64,000 nucleotides of DNA from NCBI GenBank assembly GCA_963642885.1, contig CAVIJI010000005.1, positions 22,185 to 86,184 on the forward strand. The letters run 5' to 3'. Both the position numbers and the translations under genes were made by a program. The notes below the pieces were generated by a model. The model did no database searches. It had not been told where the DNA came from and saw only the letters and a list, made by a program, of their open reading frames with translations. Shown here piece after piece: positions 36,132-45,555 of the stretch (positions are counted from its first letter, which is position 1; every line of letters starts with the position of its first letter). This DNA comes from a bacterium. Its GTDB lineage: Bacteria; Bacillota; Clostridia; Oscillospirales; CAG-272.

Positions 36132-38987
36132 ATGGCTACATTATTTCAGAAATATGCCGCACTGAAGGTGCGCATAGGAGGCAACCGTGAAATCCACGGC
36201 TATGAGGAAACGTTCGGTATGCCGCGCGAGGAGCAGCAGCGTATCACTCCCGTTCCGCGTTATGTCGTTCGTATTTTGTCGGAAATCGAATTTTCGATTC
36301 GTCTGTCGAATTCTCTCGGCGGCAAATATGACAGCGTAATCGATTCCGCACTCGATTATCTTTCATCCGTGGTCGATGAGGAAGGCTGCATAACAAAATC
36401 CGCCGCAGCAGGGGCGGAAAAAATGCTCATGCCTCTCGCATCCGACGCAAAGGAGTATAAGCTTATTCTCGCCGGTCATGCACATATAGATATGAACTGG
36501 ATGTGGAGCTGGCATGAAACCGTTGCCGCTACCATAGCAACATTCACGACAATGCTCAATATTATGGATGAGTATCCCGAATTCTGCTTCAGCCAATCTC
36601 AAACAGCGGTTTATAAAATAATAGACGACTACGCTCCCGAGCTTCACGACAGAATCAAGGCACGTATCGACGAGGGCAGATGGGAGGTAACCTCATCAGC
36701 TTGGGTTGAAAACGATAAGAATATGCCGAATACGGAATCTATCGTTCGTCATATAGGCTATTCTAAGAAGTATCTCGCCGAAAAATGGGGCATCGCGGCC
36801 GATCGCCTTGAGGTTGATTTCTCTCCCGATACATTCGGTCACAGCGCGTTCCTTCCCGAACTCGATAATTACGGCGGAGTCAAATACTATTATCATTGCC
36901 GTGCTCTCGACGGAAACAACGCACTCTATCGTTGGAAGGCTCCGTCCGGTAAGGAACTGATCGTTTACCGCGAACAGCACTGGTATAACAGCGGTATTTC
37001 CCCGAAGCCCGCTATGTCGCTTATAGACATTTCCGAAAGAAGCGGCGGACTTAAAACCGGACTCGTTGTGTACGGCGTGGGCGACCACGGCGGCGGACCT
37101 ACAAGACGTGACGTGGAGAGAGGCATAGAGATGCAGGGCTGGCCTGTATTCCCGACAATTAAATTCGGTACGGTGCGCGAATTCTTCAAGGAAGCTGAAA
37201 CAGTACGCGAAAAGCTCCCCGTAGTGGATCACGAGCTGAACTTTATCTTCCCCGGATGCTATACCACTCAGTCAAGAGTCAAGAAGGGAAATCGTCAGGC
37301 GGAAGGAGCTCTTTCGGAGGCCGAAACGGCACTTGCTTTTGCACATGTGCGTGCAGGCGCTCAGGTGCATTCCGAAGCAATAGAGAACGCATGGCAGAAG
37401 GTTCTCTTCACACATTTCCACGATATTCTGACAGGCTCTTGCGTACAGGACAGCCGTGAACACGCAATGGGACTGTTCCAGGATGCTCTCGCAACGGCAA
37501 ATACCGAGACATCTCTCGCATTGGGTAAGCTTTCCGCGAAAATCGATACTTCTATGATTAAAACCGTATGCGATCCGAATTCACAGGCCGAGGGCGCAGG
37601 CGCGGGCTACAATGTCGAACATTTCGCAGGCCGTGCCGCAGACGAAAGAGGATGCGGCTTAACGAGAATCTGGAACGTGTTCAATAATACATATGCGGAC
37701 CGCGAGGAGCCTGTCGAAATTACGGTATGGGACTGGGTCGGCGATATGCGCTATATCAAGGTAACCGACGCGTACGGCAAGGATATCGAATTCCAGCTCA
37801 TCGACGGCGGACTCCAACAGTATTGGGATCATAAATATTTCCGCTTCCTCGCATATCTTAAGGTTCCCGCGATGGGATATACCACGGTTGTACTTAAGCA
37901 GGGCGAGATGGGCGATTACCCCGTATACCTCCAGCCGCAGGGAAGAACAAGCGGAGAAGACAGAAACTATGTACTCGAAAACGAGTATGTGCGTTATGAA
38001 TTCGACTACGCTACAGGTGAAATGCTTTCACTCAAAGATAAAGAAAGCGGCATGGAATATATCGCTCCCGGCAAACGCGGCGGCGTTGTGCTGATTGACA
38101 CCAACCGTCATAACTCGAACGCATGGAATATCGGCACACATCTCGAATTCTATCCCGTAACCTCCGTAAATAATATTCACCGTTCAATCGGCGGAGGACT
38201 TCGTAAGGGCTTTAAATTCGACGCTAAAATAAGAAATTCGAATGTGTCGGTAGAATATACCCTCGATAAGGGCGCCAAGGCGGTTAAGGCTCATATCAGA
38301 GTCGACTGGAGTGAGGTCGGCGGAGAGAAAATTCCCGTGCTTTCATATGTACTTCCGACAAACACGGAATGTGATAAGTTCGCATATAATGTTCCCGGAG
38401 GACGCATGGTACGTGACGCCGCGGAAGCCGACAGACCCGGACTCACATACATTACAACGTACGCGGGAGAGGGCAGCGTCAACCCCGGTATAATTTCCGA
38501 CAGCAAATACGGCTTCAGAGGTATTGTCAGAGACGGTAAGGCAGTGGCGGAATGCACGCTTATCAATACCGCGACGAGCCCCGATCCGTATCCCGAAAGA
38601 GGCATACACGAGATTAATCTCACAATCGGTTTGTTCCCGTCAGATCCGTGCGAGGCGGAAAAGTGCTCTGTTCGTGCCGTGCATAATATGACTCCCGTAA
38701 GCACGGGCTCTCATAACGGCGAGCTCAAGCCCGACGGCGAATTTTTGAAGTTCGGCGGTGACGGAGTCGTTCTGTCATCCGTATACGCCGAGGACGATAA
38801 GCTCTGCGTGCGCTGCTACTCTGTATCGGAAAAAGAGACCGAGGTAACAATCGATGCTCTGTCCGATGTAAAGGAAGCATACACGGCCGATTTGTTAGAG
38901 AACAAGACAGGTGACGCCGCCGTAAACGGCTCGACGGTAAAGGCAAAGCTTGCACCCTACACAACCGCTACAATTGTTATTAAATAA
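36132..38987 (+). CDS. Glycoside hydrolase family 38 alpha-mannosidase
   Basis: GHAHIDMNWMW and PDTFGHSAFLP are GH38 catalytic-domain motifs. The start is set at the ATG at 36132, 5 nt after GGAGG. Confidence 0.88.
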   Translation: MATLFQKYAALKVRIGGNREIHGYEETFGMPREEQQRITPVPRYVVRILSEIEFSIRLSNSLGGKYDSVIDSALDYLSSVVDEEGCITKSAAAGAEKMLMPLASDAKEYKLILAGHAHIDMNWMWSWHETVAATIATFTTMLNIMDEYPEFCFSQSQTAVYKIIDDYAPELHDRIKARIDEGRWEVTSSAWVENDKNMPNTESIVRHIGYSKKYLAEKWGIAADRLEVDFSPDTFGHSAFLPELDNYGGVKYYYHCRALDGNNALYRWKAPSGKELIVYREQHWYNSGISPKPAMSLIDISERSGGLKTGLVVYGVGDHGGGPTRRDVERGIEMQGWPVFPTIKFGTVREFFKEAETVREKLPVVDHELNFIFPGCYTTQSRVKKGNRQAEGALSEAETALAFAHVRAGAQVHSEAIENAWQKVLFTHFHDILTGSCVQDSREHAMGLFQDALATANTETSLALGKLSAKIDTSMIKTVCDPNSQAEGAGAGYNVEHFAGRAADERGCGLTRIWNVFNNTYADREEPVEITVWDWVGDMRYIKVTDAYGKDIEFQLIDGGLQQYWDHKYFRFLAYLKVPAMGYTTVVLKQGEMGDYPVYLQPQGRTSGEDRNYVLENEYVRYEFDYATGEMLSLKDKESGMEYIAPGKRGGVVLIDTNRHNSNAWNIGTHLEFYPVTSVNNIHRSIGGGLRKGFKFDAKIRNSNVSVEYTLDKGAKAVKAHIRVDWSEVGGEKIPVLSYVLPTNTECDKFAYNVPGGRMVRDAAEADRPGLTYITTYAGEGSVNPGIISDSKYGFRGIVRDGKAVAECTLINTATSPDPYPERGIHEINLTIGLFPSDPCEAEKCSVRAVHNMTPVSTGSHNGELKPDGEFLKFGGDGVVLSSVYAEDDKLCVRCYSVSEKETEVTIDALSDVKEAYTADLLENKTGDAAVNGSTVKAKLAPYTTATIVIK

Positions 38988-39011
38988 GATGAACCGTTAA
39001 GCTCGGTTTTC

Positions 39012-39041
39012 GAACGGCATCCTCACGTGAGGATGCCGTTC
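39012..39041 (+). terminator. Perfect 30-bp palindrome downstream of GH38 (terminator-like; weak U-tract)
   Basis: gaacggcatcctcac|gtgaggatgccgttc. Confidence 0.5.
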
Positions 39042-39078
39042 TTATGTAAAAATTATTATATTTCGTAATGTTTTGGAA

Positions 39079-39119
39079 TTGCATTTACGAAAGACATGTG
39101 CTATAATACACATGTCTTT
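39079..39119 (+). promoter_or_regulatory. fucI promoter with an overlapping palindromic operator candidate
   Basis: TTGCAT (39079-39084), 17-nt spacer, TATAAT (39102-39107). Perfect 11-bp inverted repeats aaagacatgtg (39090-39100) and cacatgtcttt (39109-39119) bracket the -10 box. Confidence 0.55.
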
Positions 39120-39150
39120 AAGAAATCTTTAAAGAGAGAGGTAAATTAAA

Positions 39151-40956
39151 ATGGCTGAATCAAGACTTGTCGGAAGCTATCCCGTTATAGGTATTCGTCC
39201 GACTATCGACGGAAGACGCGGAGCACTTAAGGTTCGCGAATCCCTCGAAGAACAGACAATGAACATGGCAAAAAGCGCAGCTAAGCTTTTTACCGAAAAT
39301 CTCCGTTATACAAACGGTGAGCCCGTTAAGGTAGTTATTGCCGATACAACCATTGGTCGTGTAGGCGAAAGCGCGGCTTGTGCGGACAAATTCAAGAAGG
39401 AAGGCGTAGATATTACGCTTACCGTTACTCCCTGCTGGTGCTACGGCTCCGAAACAATGGACCAGGATCCCAATACCATTAAGGCCGTATGGGGCTTCAA
39501 CGGAACAGAGCGTCCCGGCGCCGTATATCTCGCATCCGTTCTCGCCACACACGCTCAGAAGGGACTCCCCGCATTCGGTATTTACGGTCATGACGTTCTC
39601 GATGCCGACGACACATCTATTCCCGCAGACGTAGAAGAAAAGCTTCTCCGTTTCGGACGTGCCGCTGTAGCCGCAGCTACAATGAGAGGTAAGTCGTACC
39701 TCCAGATAGGCTCTATCTGCATGGGTATCGGCGGCTCCATCATGGACTCCCGCTTCATGGAAGAATATCTCGGCATGAGAGTAGAATCCGTTGACGAGGT
39801 TGAAATCATCCGCCGTATGACAGAAGGCATCTATGACGAAGCCGAATATCAGAAGGCTCTCGCATGGACAAAGGCTAAGTGCAAGGAATCCTTCGACAAG
39901 AATCCTCCCGAACTTCAGAAGACACGTGAGGTTAAGGATGAACAGTGGGAATTCGTTGTTAAGATGATGGTTATTATCAAAGACCTCATGAACGGCAATA
40001 AGAACCTTCCCGAAGGACGCGAAGAAGAAATGGTCGGCCATAACGCTCTCGCAGCAGGATTCCAGGGCCAGAGACAGTGGACAGACTTCTATCCGAACGG
40101 CGACTTCTCCGAAGCGCTTCTCAACTCCTCGTTCGACTGGAACGGCGCACGTGAACCGTACGTTCTCGCAACCGAAAACGATATTCTGAACGGTCTCGGA
40201 ATGATGTTCATGAAGCTTCTTACAAACCGTGCTCAGATTTTCGCCGACGTTCGTACATATTGGTCGGGCGAATCCGTTAAGAGAGTTACAGGCTACGAAA
40301 TCGAAGGACACGCAAAGGAAGCTAACGGCTTCATCCACCTCATCAACTCCGGTGCTGCCTGCCTTGATGCCTGCGGTGAAGTTACGGATGAAAACGGCAA
40401 TGCCGTTATTAAGCCGTGGTATGACATGACCGACGAAGATTGCGAAAAGGTTCTCGCAGCCACAGAGTGGGCTCCCGCAGACCTCGGATACTTCAGAGGC
40501 GGCGGATATTCTTCACGTTTCTCCACCAGAGCCGAAATGCCCGCTACAATGATCAGACTTAACCTCGTAGAAGGTCTCGGCCCGATGCTTCAGATCGCAG
40601 AAGGCTGGACTGTAAAGCTTCCCGAAGAAGTTAACGATGCTCTTTGGAAGAGAACAGACTATACATGGCCTTCAACATGGTTCACACCCAGATGCACAGG
40701 CAAGGGTGCGTTCAAGACAGCATACGATGTAATGAACAACTGGGGCGCTAACCACGGTGCCATCAGCTACGGTCATGTAGGTGCAGACCTTATCACACTC
40801 TGCTCAATCCTCAGAATACCGGTAGCAATGCACAATGTTCCCGAAGAAAAGATTTTCCGTCCCGCATGCTGGAACGCATTCGGTATGGATAAGGAAGGCG
40901 CCGACTTCAGAGCCTGCGCTAACTACGGCCCTCAGTTCAAGAGAGTAGCAAAATAA
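39151..40956 (+). CDS. fucI: L-fucose isomerase
   Basis: The 601-aa protein is collinear with E. coli FucI as I recall it: [11 protein letters not shown]...[14 protein letters not shown]...[13 protein letters not shown]...[15 protein letters not shown]...FADVRTYWS...[15 protein letters not shown]. Confidence 0.95.
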   Translation: MAESRLVGSYPVIGIRPTIDGRRGALKVRESLEEQTMNMAKSAAKLFTENLRYTNGEPVKVVIADTTIGRVGESAACADKFKKEGVDITLTVTPCWCYGSETMDQDPNTIKAVWGFNGTERPGAVYLASVLATHAQKGLPAFGIYGHDVLDADDTSIPADVEEKLLRFGRAAVAAATMRGKSYLQIGSICMGIGGSIMDSRFMEEYLGMRVESVDEVEIIRRMTEGIYDEAEYQKALAWTKAKCKESFDKNPPELQKTREVKDEQWEFVVKMMVIIKDLMNGNKNLPEGREEEMVGHNALAAGFQGQRQWTDFYPNGDFSEALLNSSFDWNGAREPYVLATENDILNGLGMMFMKLLTNRAQIFADVRTYWSGESVKRVTGYEIEGHAKEANGFIHLINSGAACLDACGEVTDENGNAVIKPWYDMTDEDCEKVLAATEWAPADLGYFRGGGYSSRFSTRAEMPATMIRLNLVEGLGPMLQIAEGWTVKLPEEVNDALWKRTDYTWPSTWFTPRCTGKGAFKTAYDVMNNWGANHGAISYGHVGADLITLCSILRIPVAMHNVPEEKIFRPACWNAFGMDKEGADFRACANYGPQFKRVAK

Positions 40957-40971
40957 TCAAAGCATAAAATA

Positions 40972-41023
40972 ACGCCGAAGCTGTGATGCGGTTCATCACG
41001 CTTCGGCGTATTTTTTATTTTTT
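40972..41023. terminator. Bidirectional rho-independent terminator (fucI / paralog 3 convergent)
   Basis: acgccgaagc...gcttcggcgt with an inner gtgatg/catcac stem, followed by attttttatttttt. Confidence 0.8.
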
Positions 41024-41038
41024 CGGTATATTAAGAGT

Positions 41039-42556
41039 TTATTCCTCGCCTAATAAGCCTTCGAGATTCTTGTTAAGCAGTATTTTCGCGGATCTCATCG
41101 ATTTTTCGTATGCGGACGCTATGTCTGTTTTTCCGTCGTTCGCATTGGATTCGATTGCATCACTCAGAACGGAGATACCGAGAGTGTCGGAAAGACTGAA
41201 TGTACCCGTATCGAATACTATGTTAAGCATTTCCGAGCTGTCCTCATCGCGAATATACTTGAAGTTAAGTGTGGTCTCGGTGTAAGCAGAGCGCATATCA
41301 CCGTAAGATTCCGCACAAAGATTTTCGAGAATAACGCCTGTTCTTTCGGTATCGAGATTGGTTTTGGGAATACCGCAGACGGCGGCGTATGCCGCTATAA
41401 GGCTTACGTAATTTTCCTGAGCCTCATCGTATTTCGGGAAAGGAACCACACCGAATTCCGCATCCATATCACGCAGACTCTTGAGAGAGCCTACGGGGTC
41501 GGCATAGAACATTGCGTGTTCCTGTGTGAACAGTCCCATGAATCCACCGTATTGAGCGTCGACTTCGCTTATTATTTTACCGCAATAATGTCCGTCATTT
41601 ACGGCGGTGAGCATGTTTACAAGGCTGTCGTATACGGAATAGAATCTGTCGCCGAGAGTTATGAATTCGGGAATTCCTTCGCTGTTCTTTTCCATAATGG
41701 TCTCGCCTGTGCTGTAAACGAATGCTTTTATACAGCCACTGTATGCGGCAAGACCGTATCGGTCGTCTACATCAATCTCGCCGTTTCCGTTGAGGTCAAG
41801 CACGGCTGCGGACAGATATTGAGAAAACATATCGTAAGTCCATTTGCCCTCACGTACAAGATCGTACGGTACACTGAGATTAACAGAATCCATGATGTTC
41901 TTGTTGAAGCCGAGCAGCCAGTACGATTCTCTGAACATAAGATGCAAATCGCCTACAAGGAAGTACAGCTTGTCCTTTACTTCGATATCTTCCATTGCAT
42001 TTGCCGACCACCACGGTTTTTCGAGATTCAGTGATTCGATTTCGTTTACATTCACGAGAGAACCTTTGGTCGCGAACGGTGCCACAAATTTGCTTTCGTT
42101 CCAGAAACAGTCGTAGGTGTTGGTGTTAGCCGCAATTTCTTTGTTCATCGCCGACGTAACATCATTGTAGTCGAGCAGGTTTTCATTCAAGACTATTCCG
42201 AGCTTGTCGGCAACCTTAATATTTCTGTTGTAAACGGCATCGTTAAGGATTTCTCCGGTGAGCTCCTCGGTAGTCATGAACGTGTAGGCAAAGTTGCTGA
42301 TGTTGTTCAGAAACGTGAATTCATATCCGTCGTAATTTCCGCTCGGAACATCGGCATAAAGCGCGGCGAGCTCGGAGTCCTCTGTTTCTTCCGTTACGGC
42401 TTCTGTTTCGGCTTCCGTTTCGGCTGCGGCAGTCTCGACAACCGCAGTGGAATCGGTATCGCCGCCGTCACTGTTATCGGATGCTTTTTCGGAGCACGAC
42501 GCGAGCGGCATGAGCATAAGTGCGGCGAGTATTAATGTGAATAATCTCTTTTTCAT
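41039..42556 (-). CDS. Extracellular solute-binding lipoprotein, paralog 3
   Basis: The start is set at 42556 (AAGGAG upstream). MKKRLFTLILAALMLMPLASC carries the lipobox. Paralog motifs are NDAVYNRNI, KPWW, VREGKWT, DLNGNGEID and VPFPKYDEAQ. Confidence 0.75.
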   Translation of the reverse strand: MKKRLFTLILAALMLMPLASCSEKASDNSDGGDTDSTAVVETAAAETEAETEAVTEETEDSELAALYADVPSGNYDGYEFTFLNNISNFAYTFMTTEELTGEILNDAVYNRNIKVADKLGIVLNENLLDYNDVTSAMNKEIAANTNTYDCFWNESKFVAPFATKGSLVNVNEIESLNLEKPWWSANAMEDIEVKDKLYFLVGDLHLMFRESYWLLGFNKNIMDSVNLSVPYDLVREGKWTYDMFSQYLSAAVLDLNGNGEIDVDDRYGLAAYSGCIKAFVYSTGETIMEKNSEGIPEFITLGDRFYSVYDSLVNMLTAVNDGHYCGKIISEVDAQYGGFMGLFTQEHAMFYADPVGSLKSLRDMDAEFGVVPFPKYDEAQENYVSLIAAYAAVCGIPKTNLDTERTGVILENLCAESYGDMRSAYTETTLNFKYIRDEDSSEMLNIVFDTGTFSLSDTLGISVLSDAIESNANDGKTDIASAYEKSMRSAKILLNKNLEGLLGEE

Positions 42557-42604
42557 TGTTTTCTCCTTATATTTAAAATAATATTTTCGTACATCGGACT
42601 TTAC

Positions 42605-42633
42605 ATTGTACAACAAAGCGCGGGAAAAGTCAA
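42605..42633 (-). promoter_or_regulatory. Sigma-70-like promoter for paralog 3
   Basis: Minus strand: TTGACT (42633-42628), 17-nt spacer, TACAAT (42610-42605). Confidence 0.5.
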
Positions 42634-42693
42634 CGAGAATATGAAAAGACTTTTTGCGGGTATGGTCTCGGTCGGATATCATCGGAAAAATAT

Positions 42694-43134
42694 TTAAATG
42701 ATATCGAAACCGTCACCGTGATACCAAAGCTCCGATGGCTTGTCAGATGTGTATGTTCGATACAATTCATCGAATCCGCTGACTGTTTCAAGGTCGGATA
42801 GAGTGCTTTCTTCAATCCAAAGAGCTTCGCCTTCGTCGGATGAGCACAGCTCGCCTTCGTATTCATTTGCCTTGAACAGGAAAACGATGTATCTCTCGCC
42901 GCGGGATGTGTAAAAGTTTTTGATGCCGCACAATTGCGGGGCCTTTACCGTGATTCCCGTTTCTTCTTTTACCTCTCGAATAACGGATGCCGTTATCGAT
43001 TCGCCGTCTTCCACATGTCCGCCGGGAAATATGGCACCGCTGTAATTTTTGTCACTGCGTATCTGGATAAGAACCCGACTGCCGTCGTGCACCAGACACA
43101 TATTGGTAAGTATAACCTTCTTCGCCTCTGCCAT
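42694..43134 (-). CDS. NUDIX hydrolase
   Basis: The Nudix box is GGHVEDGESITASVIREVKEETGI. Confidence 0.85.
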   Translation of the reverse strand: MAEAKKVILTNMCLVHDGSRVLIQIRSDKNYSGAIFPGGHVEDGESITASVIREVKEETGITVKAPQLCGIKNFYTSRGERYIVFLFKANEYEGELCSSDEGEALWIEESTLSDLETVSGFDELYRTYTSDKPSELWYHGDGFDII

Positions 43135-43311
43135 GGATAGCTCCCGTATTAAAAATTATATGATTTAAACCACTTGACATTATTATATCAGAGTTGCGTT
43201 TTCGTTGCAAGTGTGATGTTTCAAGCTCGCAACAATCCGTTAATAACGTAAATTATAAAATTTCATTATTAACGCATACCTTTTTTTGGCGACTATTGCA
43301 CCGTATTTGTA

Positions 43312-43340
43312 TTGACACCTTACGCACGTTGTGATATACT
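43312..43340 (+). promoter_or_regulatory. Consensus sigma-70 promoter for the uracil permease leader
   Basis: TTGACA (43312-43317), 17-nt spacer, TATACT (43335-43340). Confidence 0.6.
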
Positions 43341-43373
43341 ATGTCGAATGAAAAAATACGGTTTGCGCTAAGG

Positions 43374-43484
43374 AAGCTCTATCTTTAATCCGATACAGAG
43401 ATGTCGGCAAGGTCAGCTTAATTTATAGGCGTTTTACGCATAAGTGAGGTTGTGTCTTGCCCGGATGAACGGCAGGACTTTTTT
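43374..43484 (+). ncRNA. PyrR-binding-site-like attenuator leader (binding hairpin plus intrinsic terminator)
   Basis: 43384-43412 reads UUUAAUCCGAUACAGAGAUGUCGGCAAGG, which resembles the PyrR loop consensus (UUUAA...UCC..AGAGA..GG..CAAGG). A terminator gtcttgcc-N9-ggcaggac plus tttttt lies at 43454-43484, 34 nt before the permease ATG. Confidence 0.5.
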
Positions 43485-43517
43485 AATGCAAAAAATTAAA
43501 AAACATCGGAGGAAGTT

Positions 43518-44918
43518 ATGAAACTGTATTATCAACCCGGCGATAAGCCCAAGTTCGGTCAGCTGATAGTTTTCGCTATTCAGCAGCTCCTTGCTATAAT
43601 GGCGGCAACACTTGTTGTTCCCGTTATCACAGGCAACGGAATGAGCCCCGCAGCAGCATTGTTCGGAGCGGGAGCGGGCACACTCGTATACATTCTTTTC
43701 ACATTAAGAAAGAGTCCCGTATTCCTCGGTTCGTCCTTTGCGTTCCTCGGTTCGATGGCAGCCGCATTCGCAGGTGCCGCTACGACGGAGGTAGGTTATC
43801 TCGGATTAATTCTCGGTGCGATTTTCGCAGGTCTCGTTTATGTTGTTATCGCCGTTCTCGTTAAGGCTCTCGGCGTTGATTGGCTTAACAAGCTCATGCC
43901 CGCTGTTGTTATCGGCCCCACGGTTGCCATAATCGGTCTTTCCCTTTCCGGCAATGCTATCGGCGATATTCAGTCAAGCGGCACAGGCACAGCGGCTACA
44001 AACCTCTGCATCCTCTGCGGTATCGTAACACTGTTTGTAACGATTCTCTGCTCCACATTCGGTAAGAAAATGGTTCGCCTCATTCCCTTCATCATCGGTA
44101 TTCTCGCAGGCTACGCGGTAGCGGCTGTATTTACCGTAATCGGACTTGCAACAGGCAACGAAGCACTTCAGGTTATCAACTTCGGTGCGTTTGATGTTCT
44201 GGTTGAAGGCGGTATCGGTCTTCACACATTCTTCTCGGTTCCCGAATTCACATTCATCAGAGCTCTCGGCGGCTTCAGCGGCATAACAGGTCAGTATATC
44301 GGCTCCATAGCCGTTGCGTACATTCCCGTTGCTCTCGTAGTATTCGCCGAGCACGTTGCCGACCACAAGAACATTTCTTCAATCATCGAAAAAGACCTTC
44401 TCGTTGATCCCGGCCTTTCACGTACACTTCTCGGTGACGGTGTCGGCTCGATGGTAGGTGCGTTCTTCGGCGGCTGCCCCAACACTACATACGGCGAATC
44501 CGTAGCGTGTGTTGCTATTACAGGTAATGCATCCGTTGCCACAATCGTTGCGACGGCTGTTCTCGCAATAATCATTTCCTTCCTTTCTCCCTTCGTTGCA
44601 TTCGTTAACTCCATTCCTTCATGCGTAATGGGCGGCGTTTGCATCGCGCTTTACGGATTCATCGCCGTATCGGGTCTTAAGATGGTTCAGAAGGTTGACC
44701 TCGAGGACAACAAGAACCTCTTCGTTGTATCCACAATACTCGTTTGCGGTATCGGCGGCCTTTCCGTAACATTCGGCGAGTTTCCCATCACAGCCACAGC
44801 TACAGCGCTTATCCTCGGTATTATAGTAAACCAGATGCTCGGCGGAACCAAGTCGGAGAACAATGACGGCTTGAGCGAAGTTAAGACCGGCAAAAACATT
44901 AAAGCACAGAATAAATAA
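43518..44918 (+). CDS. pyrP: NCS2-family nucleobase permease (uracil permease)
   Basis: 466 aa with about 14 TM segments. It has the QQLLAIMAATLVVP N-terminal motif and GESVACVAITG. The uracil assignment rests on the PyrR-like leader. Confidence 0.75.
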   Translation: MKLYYQPGDKPKFGQLIVFAIQQLLAIMAATLVVPVITGNGMSPAAALFGAGAGTLVYILFTLRKSPVFLGSSFAFLGSMAAAFAGAATTEVGYLGLILGAIFAGLVYVVIAVLVKALGVDWLNKLMPAVVIGPTVAIIGLSLSGNAIGDIQSSGTGTAATNLCILCGIVTLFVTILCSTFGKKMVRLIPFIIGILAGYAVAAVFTVIGLATGNEALQVINFGAFDVLVEGGIGLHTFFSVPEFTFIRALGGFSGITGQYIGSIAVAYIPVALVVFAEHVADHKNISSIIEKDLLVDPGLSRTLLGDGVGSMVGAFFGGCPNTTYGESVACVAITGNASVATIVATAVLAIIISFLSPFVAFVNSIPSCVMGGVCIALYGFIAVSGLKMVQKVDLEDNKNLFVVSTILVCGIGGLSVTFGEFPITATATALILGIIVNQMLGGTKSENNDGLSEVKTGKNIKAQNK

Positions 44919-44940
44919 TCGATAAAGCGTATATGAAAAA

Positions 44941-44971
44941 CTGCCGACGGTCTTGCCGTCGGCAGTTTTTT
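44941..44971. terminator. Bidirectional rho-independent terminator
   Basis: ctgccgacgg-tctt-gccgtcggcag flanked by aaaaa and tttttt. Confidence 0.8.
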
Positions 44972-44998
44972 ACATATTTGAGTGAAAGCCGAATCTGT

Positions 44999-45493
44999 TT
45001 AAAATTCGCCCCGAGCTTTTTCGATTACGAGACTCATGGCGTGCTCTGCTGTCATATGCCTGATTTCACTTCTCGAATATTGCTTTTCGCGGCAGAAATG
45101 CATGGTTTCGGTATAAACGCCTTTTTCGTCTGCGACACCGAAGCATACGGTTCCGACGGGCTTCTCCGGTGTTCCGCCGCCCGGACCCGCTATACCCGTA
45201 ACGGAAACCGCTATATCACAGCGGAGCTTTTTCAGTGCGCCGAGTGCCATATACCCCGCGCATTTCTCCGACACCGCACCTACGGTTTCTATAACATCGA
45301 CGGGTACATCGAGAAGATCTTCCTTGACCTCGTTTGCGTATGATACAATGCCGCCGAGCAGTACATCGGATGCTCCCGGAACATCGGCTATCAATGCGGC
45401 TATCATACCCGCGGTACAGCTTTCGGCTGTTCCGACAGTCAATCTGCGATGTCTGAGCTCTTCGGTGAGCTCTGCGGCAATATTGTTTTCCAT
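44999..45493 (-). CDS. pncC: CinA C-terminal-domain protein / nicotinamide-nucleotide amidase
   Basis: LTVGTAESCTAGMIAALIADVPGASDVLLGGIVSYANEVK...SVTGIAGPGGGTPEKPVGTV. Confidence 0.88.
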   Translation of the reverse strand: MENNIAAELTEELRHRRLTVGTAESCTAGMIAALIADVPGASDVLLGGIVSYANEVKEDLLDVPVDVIETVGAVSEKCAGYMALGALKKLRCDIAVSVTGIAGPGGGTPEKPVGTVCFGVADEKGVYTETMHFCREKQYSRSEIRHMTAEHAMSLVIEKARGEF

Positions 45494-45509
45494 AAATTAC
45501 ACCTCACAC

Positions 45510-45541
45510 AAAAAGTCCGATGACAGGCATCGGACTTTTTT
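45510..45541 (-). terminator. Rho-independent terminator after the Gfo/Idh/MocA gene
   Basis: agtccgatg-acagg-catcggact with flanking A and T runs. Confidence 0.7.
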
Positions 45542-45555
45542 AATCTAATCACAAA

